Origin: Pseudogymnoascus verrucosus
Lineage: Eukaryota
DNA length: 64,000 nucleotides
Reading direction: 5' to 3' (one strand)
Assembly (NCBI GenBank): GCA_001662655.1
Contig: KV460207.1
The position numbers and the translations under genes were made by a program. Each line of letters starts with the position of its first letter. Within the stretch, counting starts at the first letter, position 1. Of this stretch, positions 48,640 through 58,477 are shown piece by piece. The notes under the pieces are model-generated. The model made no database searches and was not told the origin of the DNA. It saw only the letters and a list, made by a program, of their open reading frames with translations.

Positions 48640-49102
48640 TACTATACCTTAAATTCATAGTGTAGTATATCTTCCTCCCCTTCTTCTTAGTCTTTAACAG
48701 TCTTACATTTCAAGACAAATCTCACTAGCTGTAAGGCGGTCCTCACGTGATGACACGTGAGGTGCTACGCTGAAGGCAGCCCTACGGTAGAGCTGTCATT
48801 CAGGTATAGCCCGGTTATTAGGGTTCATAGTATAGGAAGATATATTAGGGGCTAGAGCCTCAGTAGAGGACTCTAGTCAATAGTCGCTGTATTCACGTAG
48901 ACCTATTGTTACGCTATATAACCTCTCTTCCTACCTTCTGATCTGGTTCCCTAAACTCCCGCGTGACCCTAGGCCTACGCCTTTACATTAGCTTTAAGGT
49001 CTCAGTCTAGTATAATTGCCCGTTGTCTTTAAGAGCAGCTATAATAGATAGCTTAGCTTCTTTTATTAAAGGGAAAACATCACCTATTGCTAGAGTAGAC
49101 AT
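48640..49102 (-). pseudogene. RIP-decayed MuDR-type transposase N-terminal remnant, interrupted by the solo LTR
   Basis: From ATG 49102, with the LTR and one TSD removed, the frame reads MSTLAIGDVFPLIKEAKLSIIAALKDNGQLY*TETLKLVRFVLKCKTVKD*EEGEEDILHYEFKV**. This resembles the MuDR N-terminal pattern (L.vG..F....eak.ai......R....C....C.f.v); the resemblance was judged by eye. Confidence 0.55.
48730..48987. mobile_element. Solo LTR (258 bp) nested inside the MULE-like element
   Basis: Termini TGTAAGGCG...CGCCTTTACA (TG..CA with a short terminal inverted repeat). 5-bp flanks CTAGC (48725-48729) and TTAGC (48988-48992) differ by one C/T. Confidence 0.8.
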
Positions 49103-50201
49103 TGTACGAGTAAGGATATAGTAATATACAGCTAGGAATACTCAAATATAAAATGTAAATAGAGGCAGTTAGAGTTTTCACTCGCGTAATATGTTGTAGG
49201 CGGTGAGCGATAAGAAAAAAAGAGGCCCATTCCTGATATTGTATTAAAAAGAGGCCTACTTATGATATTATATATAAAAAGAGGCCTATTTATGATTTTT
49301 GAATTAAAAAGAGGCCCATTTATGATATTAGCTGTTTATTATAAGCCCTTATTGTGCACTTGAGGGAGCTAAATATATAGCCCAAAGGCTACGAGAGACT
49401 AAAAGCTATAGGGTACCGCAACAGAGATTCGATCCAGATAATAGCAAATAATAGGCCATAATTAAGGTACGCAGGTTCATTGCCTGGTTGATTATGGTTT
49501 TAAGACTCTGAGCTAGCTTTATTTTGAAGCTGTGGCGCTTGCTATCAAGATTGCTTTTGTTAACAGGCACCAGTAACTTATACAATGACGATCACGTAAT
49601 CATTTCAAATCAAATATGTGCTCAACCTTAAATGTAAACAAATCTAATTTACCCGCAGATTTATTCTTGAGCTGCTCTGAATGGTAGCGACCATATTTTA
49701 ATACGGAGACGGTGAGACGTTACGCGCAGTAGGGCCTTGGAAAGTGCGCAACAAAATGAAGTGAAGCTTGAGAGCTTAAACCCAATCCATGATCATCGCC
49801 TCCCTTAATCTCCCGTTGTGACGACGACGACGATCAACAAATTTGGTCTACTGCATAGGCGCGCAGTACAATACCTTCCACCTTCAAATTAATTTATTGC
49901 AAAAATTCCACGTTGGAGTTTATATATTACCAGCGCCTCTGAGCCTCCACATAAACAATCTGATAACATCGACGATCTCCTCCCGAATCAGGGTAAAACA
50001 TTTATCGCACAAGCCACCAAAACGTCATATCCGCTCCCGCCAAGACCCATACCGAGGCTGCGCTCTTCTATGAATATATGAACGAAAGCCCGAAGCTGGT
50101 CTCGGACACACGAATAACTCTCGCGCCGGCGCAAGGCGCAAGATCTATTCCCTCTGCAACGAGTGCGCGACTCCTACGGCCCCTCGCCAAAACGCACCTT
50201 C

Positions 50202-51973
50202 ATGTCCGAACAGAGCGATGATGCTGTGCCGCCCAGCTCTGTGCCCCTCCCGCCCTCCGCGGACAGTTCAGCGGATCCCAACGCCACAGCGCTCATAGCC
50301 ACGCCTGCCAATGAGGCTGACGAACAACCGCCGCTCAGTGGATTCGAAGATGCACGGCGGATCGTGAGGCTGCTGCAGTGCGCGCAATGCTCCTTGCTAC
50401 TTCGCGAACCTATGACACTGCCGTGTGGCAACTCGCTGTGCAAACAGTGTCTGCCGGAGATACATACGCGGCAGAACATAACGTATCCAGCGACCGCGGC
50501 GCGGATGCAGGGGATCGATTGCCCGTTTCCTGATTGCATGAGGAGCCATGCGCTGGGGGATTGTAGCATGGATGTTACGCTGTCGAAAGTTGTAGCACAG
50601 GCTAAGATCTCCATGGACGAGTTTCGACCCGTCATAGGCGAGGCACCGATACTGCTCGAGGAGAAGGATGAATGGGCAGCTGCTGGAATAGCGAGTCTCA
50701 GCGGCCGATCACCGAGGAGTAGAGCTTTGCCTGGTGGCCGGCTGATAGCAACATATAAGATGGTAGAGCTGGGCGAGCTCGCCCACGACGCAGAAGTCAC
50801 ATACAAACCCCTCTCCGGCGCTCTAGGAGACTCCAAAGACCTCGATGCAACGACCCTCGAAGCAGTCAAGGAAAAGATCCGCAGCGAGTTCGACTGCCAA
50901 ATCTGCTACGCCATCTATCTAGACCCCCTCACCACGACCTGCGGCCACACATTCTGCCGCAAATGCCTGCAGCGCGTCCTAGACCACTCCTCGTACTGCC
51001 CAATCTGCCGCCGCCTTCTTGATCTCTCCCACACTATATCCCCCACCCAATATCCCTCCAACGCGCGCCTCGTCTCCCTCCTTACCGGCCTGTGGCCCGC
51101 CCTCCTCACGGCCCGCCGCACCCTTCTCGCAACAGAAGAATCCCCCACCCCCGCCGACCTCGACCTCCCCCTCTTCGTTTGCACTATCTCCTTCCCTACC
51201 ATGCCTACCTTCCTCCACATCTTCGAACCCCGCTACCGCCTCATGATGCGCCGCGTCCTCGAATCAGACCGCCGCTTCGGCATGCTCTTACACAACCCTG
51301 AGCAGATCCCTCAGCCCGGTCTCGCTGCCACACCCCCTTTCTTCGAATACGGCACCCTCCTCCACATCGTCAGCGCACAGCTCCTCCCCGACGGCCGCAG
51401 TCTCATCGAAGCAGTCGGTATGTCGCTCTTCCGCGTCCTCCGCCATGGCGTCCGAGACGGCTATCTCGTCGGTAGCGTGGAGCGCGTTGAAGATCTCCCT
51501 CTGGCTGACGAAGAAGCTCTCGAGATCGCCGACACCGCTATTGCTGTAGATGCAGACGCAGATGCAGATGCAGATGCAGATGCAGACGCGGACGCGGACG
51601 TGGATGCGAACCCATTCGCCGCGCTCTCGACACAGGACCTCATGGCTCTCTGCACAGCATTTGTCCGCCGCATGCGCGCAGCCTCCGCGCCGTGGATGCA
51701 CGCACGCACGCTGCGCGTGTACGGGGAATGTCCAACGAGTCCTGCGCAGTTCCCATGGTGGTTCGCGAGTGTGCTACCGCTACCAGAAGGGGACAAGTAT
51801 GCACTATTACAGACGACGAGTGTGCGAGAGCGATTGAAGATTTGTGCGGCGTGGGTGGAACGGATTGAAAGGATGCCGGAGTGAGTATTTTCCCGTTTGT
51901 TATAGATTTTGGACGTTCAAGGGCTAATGAGTTGGGCAGGCCGAGTAGGAGTAGTAGCTGTGTGGTCATTTGA
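50202..51973 (+). CDS. LON peptidase N-terminal domain and RING finger protein (LONRF/CrgA-like E3 ligase), 2 exons
   Basis: Two RING-type motifs (CAQC..PCGNSLCKQC and CQIC..TCGHTFCRKC..CPIC), then the LON substrate-binding domain FPTMPTFLHIFEPRYRLMMRR. Intron 51881-51939; the last exon encodes EPSRSSSCVVI*. Confidence 0.9.
51548..51607. repeat. Coding hexanucleotide repeat (GCAGAT)n encoding poly(Ala-Asp)
   Basis: gatgcagacgcagatgcagatgcagatgcagatgcagacgcggacgcggacgtggatgcg encodes DADADADADADADADADVDA. Confidence 0.9.
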
Positions 51974-52928
51974 CTCGCGGTTGTGGGGATTTTGACGGTG
52001 GTTTTGGGCGTCTGGGTTGCTCCAGAGGGGCTTGAAGCAAAGTGATGCTCTGCCTTTGATGTGACAACCCATTCACCCCTTGCTATTGCCGTCGAATTCC
52101 CACAGCTGTGCATCTTCGTGTAAATATTTGGCCCAGACTAGGCCAGTCACATACCGTCTGTTGTTGGTTATTGTGGGAAAGTGTGTTAAGACCTGTCATA
52201 CGTGGCAGGGTTATTAAGTTCGTGTTTGTGTTTATAGCATTGGAGTTTATGTGTGCATACTGGCGTTGGGATGTATTATATTTCGTGGTGAGCAGGATGG
52301 CAAGAGTTTTCCGAGACTAGTAGCTACTGGAGCTGGGAGTCAAGGTGGAAATAGGGCGTTCAATTTCACATTTTATGGGACAGAGTTTTGTATAGGGGCT
52401 GTATACTGTGCCTGGCGGTGGCCAGATTGTATATATAATGTGGGCTGATAGATGGTTAAAGTTGAATACCCTTCATCTGCATGCGTTCACTATTGTTTTA
52501 CTGTGGTTATGGTGAATATTCCGATCCATGCGATGTGATTGGTTTCTGGCTACAATAGTCACGGTGTATTTCAGCAAACAGCAAACGGATTGTGTTTATG
52601 ATCGAATTAGTATCTGCCTATTGTAATATACAGTTGTGCATCATCGAAACGCCATATCCACCCGCCATCTGCGTCAAGGAATATCCCTCTGGTATAATTC
52701 GGCGCCGAAGACCATATATAGCCCTGAACTCCACTTCATACGTGCTGTTAAATGGTCATTTTAAGACCAGAAAATTCCCTATTAGAAGGTCTCGGCGATG
52801 TGTCGATGTGCTGTTCTAGTCATGAACACGTAAAACCGTAACACTATATATCGTGTTCGATGTCCACAAAGGGACCGTATATCTTACAACTAGCTTTCGT
52901 CTGGGTGATAGTAGCTAGGATTCGATCT

Positions 52929-54161
52929 TCATCTGTATCCGCGACCTCTCGCACCACCACGTCCACCGCCACCGCCCCGGCTGTAACCTCTCCCGCCGTC
53001 ACGGTTATCGCCCCTGTCACTCCTTCCACCAACCATGTTATCGCTGTACAGCGGTTTCGGGGCTTCGTACTGATCCGTGTCCATGCGATCGTCCTCGAAT
53101 CCGTATGAGCCATCCACAACTTCATTTCTGCCGCTGTCACGGTTGCGCTGATTGTAGCGATCAGAGTCCGCAGGGCGCGCGGGCCTGAGGTTGTTGCGGT
53201 CAGCGCGAGGGCCGACTGGGATGGCAGGGCCAGTAGGGGCTGAGGCAGGCGCGGCGGATTTAGGCGCAGGGACAACGTCGGGCTTGATGAAGAGGTTGAG
53301 GACACGTCCGTCGGCCTATATTGTCGTTTATTAGTGGAATTCCTAGCCAGGCAGAGCAATTGTACTCACAGTCTGGTTATGGAAAGTGTCAATGATGGCG
53401 TTGGCGCCCTCTCTGTTCTCAAAGACGATCTCGGCGATAACGTTCGGCCTGGTCGCTACAATGATGCATTTGAGGATTTTGCCTCCAATTGGTGTCATTG
53501 CGCTCTCGATGTCCGCTCCAGTCGTTCCAGGTGCGAAGTTCTGTGCTTGAACGGTGGTAGGACCAGCAATACCGCGGATGGACAAGCCAGGACCCGCCTT
53601 TGAAACCACATTGAACTGGGCGTTCAAGTTGGGTGACGACGCTGAGTTGCTGAGAAGGGTGCGAAACTGAGCATTGCGGCCGGGTTTCATGTTCTTGTTA
53701 TAGAAGGACGATGGAGCAAGTGGGCTCGGGTTGTTGACGCCATGGAGATCGTGGGTCCAGTCTGAGTTGACATTGCCTGCCGGAACCTGTCTCTTGGGGA
53801 ACTTCGCAGAGCCTATGGGTTTCGGTGTGATGGAGCGGGAGCGTTCCTAGATTAACAATCAGCACCTTTGCTATTCGGATTTTGCGGCGACTGCACAGAG
53901 TATGAAAGTATACCACTCACTTTGCTAATGCCGACTCTGCTGGCAAGGGATGGGCCGGTTCCTGGCTTACGGAAGGCTGCGGCGCCAGGGGCACTTTGGC
54001 GACGACCACGGTTGAAAATGTCATCTGCAAGTGCTTCATTCTTACGTCTTGTGCGATCTAGACGGAATATCATTAGATTGAGATCAACAGGGAAAATGGA
54101 GTGCCAACAAACCAGTCTGGATGATCTTATCGAAGTCCACGGCGACTTTGCGTCCTGCCAT
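52929..54161 (-). CDS. ALYREF/Yra1-like RRM RNA-binding protein with an RGG tail, 4 exons
   Basis: ATG at 54161 (MAGRKVAVDFDKIIQ). Introns at 54058-54112, 53847-53920 and 53316-53369. Contains WTHDLH, an RRM (VQAQNFAPGTTGADIES..AEIVFENREGA..FHNQTADGRVL) and a C-terminal RGG region. Confidence 0.8.
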
Positions 54162-54662
54162 GGTTACCTGTGCTGTTAGTTTCACTTACCACTTCAAATA
54201 AACACTCTCTGACTACGTAAGTATGCCAAGACTGGATGCGACTTGGAGGGAAGTGTCAAGGTGTGGGTATGGAAGGTTTCGAGGAAGGCGCGTTGTGGTC
54301 AGCTACGAGGGAAGCGCGAAGCACTTTCCTCATAATTTTGATTAGGTAAGCGAGGCTGAGTGCTCCTTCCCTTGTTGGCCGTTCTCATATTATCAGTTGC
54401 GTCCCAGGGACGTGAGAACCTTCTCTTCCCATTATCGGCGACAGTTTTGGATATTTCTAGACTAGAAACTAGTTACTATTTGTTTCGGGGAGCCGTTGGT
54501 GAAATTATCATTCTATTATTTCCTGTCTGCCTTCGAGCTGGATTCTTATTGCACAGCTATCAGCCAGGCTTGGAAGCTGGAGTTACAGCTCGAAAACTGA
54601 AATTGAGGCTCGACATTGAAACCTAACATATCATTTCAGAGGTCTATCGCCTGAATTACACC

Positions 54663-57600
54663 ATGAAAAAAGTATCCGGCGATATATCGCCTGGGACCAG
54701 GAAAATGAAGGAAGCTCCTGCAACAAGAGGCCCGCCGTCTCCTACAAGGCGCATCAATCGGAGCAAATCTGTATTCTCACTTGCGCAAGATTTCTTCAAG
54801 ATGGCGCTCAACACATCTTCTGATGAACCAACGCCTAGTTCCCAGAACAACTATGCGAAGCCAGGATCCTGGAACATTTTTGGGTCGTTACGAGGGACAT
54901 GGACCGGTGCCAGTCCTGGTGCCAACTCCCAGAGGCCAGTGGGGCACTACGCATCACAATCTCTGAAACCATCAAACAGCTGTAAGTAACCTACAAAATA
55001 AGAACTCAAATAAAGCTGACTTGTCAGACCATGAGGAGGGTGCACCATCTTCACTTCTAAGACATCGCAAAAGTCTCCAAAACCTTTTCGGAACAGTTGG
55101 GAAAAGAAGCTCAATGAAAGGACGCAGACCCGACCAAACAGTGCAGCCAAATGTATTGCGAAAAAGAAGCGGAGGCGCGAATACCTTGCAGATCCCCGAC
55201 AATCTTGGTGTTCAATCTATTGAAGATGCGGATCGGGTTCGTCCTCCGCAAACCTATGCTGCTGGATCTCATGCAACAATTGGCCGCAGAAAGGTAACAT
55301 TCAAGGATGAAATTGTAGAACCAGTGGCTCGCCCCGACTCCGGTGTTAGTGTTGACGCCATTTACGCCCCTTGGTGTGACTATCAAGGGAGCACATCGGG
55401 ACCAAGATCTCCAGATCAGATGCCAAAGAAAGCGGCTCTTCTTCAACCGCACAAAGCGCCAATAGAACCAGTTTGCTTACCAAAGAAGCCCTCATCAGGC
55501 ATATATTCTGGCGGCTATGCAGCTCCATTTCCTCCAACATGTTTTGGTAGGCGTGCAGCAACCCAAGATATGGTTCCCCGGAGTGAATCATGCCTTACAG
55601 GCCCTTACCCTGGAACGATATCTCAGAGCCTACGAAGGTAACTAATCCCTCTCTAGTATCTTAAAACTTTAAGCTGGATCTTGGTTTAACAGTGCCCAAA
55701 GGCTCAAAGAGAACTTGGATTTCGGTGGCCCAGATTATAATATACTTCTCGCAAGCCCCGGTATGCCGTCAAAAATTGATATCAATCCATCTTTTGCATC
55801 TCGCGCACAAGCCTTGGATCAGAAATATAGGAACCTATTGGTCCAATCTCGACTTCAACAAACCTTGAATACCGAACATGTCCCACAAAGCATTTTGGAA
55901 TCAATCGATCAAAATGCCGCAAGAATGTCTAAGATCTTGAACATCTCTGAGGGTCGCTCCAGCCAAAGCAGACCCTCCTGTCACTTAAACGACACAGCGC
56001 CGCTAGGCTCTCTGCCTCAGGATAGTTCGATAAATGCCGGTTTTCTTGGGCATGAATGTGGAATGTTTACCCAGAATGATAAGGTTGACGTGAGTACTAC
56101 CAAGTTTTTTGTAGCTATCCGGGAAATCGCCTCGGAAAGGGGTTGGAATTTGAGAAGAACATATGAAAGTATACTGTTTTAAAACTAACAATTTATAGAA
56201 AACCAATGCGTCTCTCGACAAAAACGTTGTCTTGGACACCATGCTGAAGAATAACAAGGCTACTCCCTCAAGAGAGAATACCATATGCGACGAGCGCCCC
56301 AATAAGTCCCCAGGAAACACACTTCGTGAGACGCTATCAGCCAGCCCCCTTCTGGTTCCGAAAAGGACGGAGACTTTGGCATCGAAAAAGAAGCGACGCG
56401 CAATGAGATCAACGACTAGGAAAAGCTCTATAGGCCCATTCCATATCGACTTCCCCAAAACCGAATTCGGCGAAGCGCGCCATGAGACGTACCAATCCAA
56501 GAGTGATGCTATTGGAAGTTTATTCCAGAACCCGGTAGAGTATTCAAATTACATTCTCTTCGACCGAGGTTTAAGCACGTTTTATCCACAGCCTAAAGGC
56601 TACGTTTTCAAATATCTTGATGAACAGTCCAACCCTAAACTAGAATGCATCTGGCTACCTATGCAATTTGGAAATTTTAAGGGAATGGGCCTTAGCCAAG
56701 AACTGAGTCTCAATTGCTGTGCTGGTAACCCTCGTTGTGGCAAACACCAATTATCAGACATTGGGGAATGCGAAGGAGAAGCGCCTGGTACTTCAACAAC
56801 TCAGCCCGAAGAGCTCCAATTCATAACAAACACACCGTCCAATGACTCCCTACTAGATTTGTACTTGGGCACACCGGAGGGCAAACAACAGAGGACGGAA
56901 GCAGGCAAGCTGAAACAGCCAGAGGCAACACTAGCCACGACCCTTTCGATCCATTTGGAAAAACCACTGGGAGAACCTGCAAGCCCCCCTAAACTAGTTT
57001 ATCCCTGGGGTGATATAGACGACGGAGAAATAACAGAGCCATTGGCTGCGGAATACAGTATTGGGAAGACGAAGACTTGGGCAGATCTCGGCGTTGAGTT
57101 CATTGACAAGTACGCTCCCAACAAAAATGCGGACCCCCAGAAACGAGCCGTGGACGCAGCACGGAATTTTCTCAAAGCACAAGGAAAACTTACTTCTGAT
57201 TACGACTCAGGTACCAGGCCACAGAGGAAAACATGGTCACGGGGTAGAGATGGAAGTGAAGATATTTCGTTTTTGCACATTGAGGATCTTGCAAGATATG
57301 AAACTTTGCGAGCTGAGTATCGGAGGCATATGGCGATGTTCTCTGAAAGCTCTTCCGATACTAACAGTACCGATGCTCTAGCTGAGGCCAATTATACCGC
57401 CAAAACTCGTGAAGTATCCAGGGCATCATCTCGGGACAGCGGATACGCTGGGATAGATGCTACGTTAGCTGAACTTCACTTGAGTTCTTGGGAAATGTAC
57501 ACGAAAAGCGAGGCTGCTTCCGTAAGTTCACAGAGTAGCTCCTCGACGGCGGTAGAAGAGGTTGCAGCCTCGAAGGCTACAAGAAAGATAACTTTATCGC

Positions 57601-58007
57601 CGTCTCATTCGCCTGATCCATCAGTGAGAGAGGAACATGCTCAGTCATCTGATCTGCAATCAAATAGGGCCATGAGCGACAGTACGCCATCAAGAATCGT
57701 ACGGACGTGCAGTTTAGAAAAGTTTGAGTTTGAGCTTGAGAACTCCTTCAATACACAAGTTGGAAATGGGAACATAACCGGCAATATTGATTTAGAGGGG
57801 TTTAAAACGCCACGAAGGGGTCCCCTCCAAGGAGTAAGCTCCAATTTCATACGGCAAGGACGGATGATTCAGCAACAACCTGCCAGTCAAGTAGAGGCTG
57901 CATATCATAGCCCAACTGATGAACCACCCCAGAAACGGAATCACGACAAAGAGGATGAAAAGGAGAATGAGGAAAGAAATTGGAGAGACATGATGCTCTA
58001 TGGATAG
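54663..58007 (+). CDS. Hypothetical Ser/Pro-rich protein, ~1040 aa, 4 exons, no recognised domain
   Basis: Four consecutive + ORFs join in frame through introns 54982-55027, 55638-55692 (or -55701) and 56090-56198, with consistent phases. Confidence 0.7.
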
Positions 58008-58477
58008 GCCTGCATCAACTTTCATTTCAGGGGAATAACCGAAAGTGACCACACGCGGACTATTGTTATTTCACTAACAATTGGACTGTATTCATTGTGT
58101 ACAACTTTCGTGGGTCAATTAGCATTTGTTTAGGATGGCGTTTCCATAAAGCCGGCGAAATTCTGCACGACTGAGCACTATGGAGAGTGACCGGGGGCAG
58201 CTGTATTTTATCATAGCCATTCATTTGTATTCGTAGTATGGCCAGTGTCCAAGAGGCAGTTTCGGTTTTCACTATGCAACTGCAGTCTTCTCAATCGTAT
58301 TAAGTTTCATTATTCGCTGCGACTTCCACAGGCTTACTGTACATATGATACAGGTAATATTTATACAAGCCATATCTGACCCGAACTTGACCAAAAGGCC
58401 AAGTTCCGAAAGGGTGGAGTTGGTCCCTCTCTAGTTATACAAGAATTGATCCACAACAGGAATCATCAACCCGTCGT

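Larger units (their letters stand above)
48190..49334. mobile_element. Non-autonomous Mutator-like (MULE) DNA transposon, 1145 bp
   Basis: Perfect 128-bp TIRs at 48190-48317 and 49207-49334 (CAGCTAATATCATAAATGGGCC...). Identical 9-bp flanking direct repeats TTTATTATA at 48181-48189 and 49335-49343. The interior is TpA-rich and full of stop codons. Confidence 0.92.

Noticed and set aside
48190..49334. Classifying the TIR element as hAT or Tc1/mariner
   Set aside because: Although the ends begin with CAG and abut TA on the left, only a 9-bp duplication matches on both sides. The long TIRs and the peptide remnant fit Mutator better.
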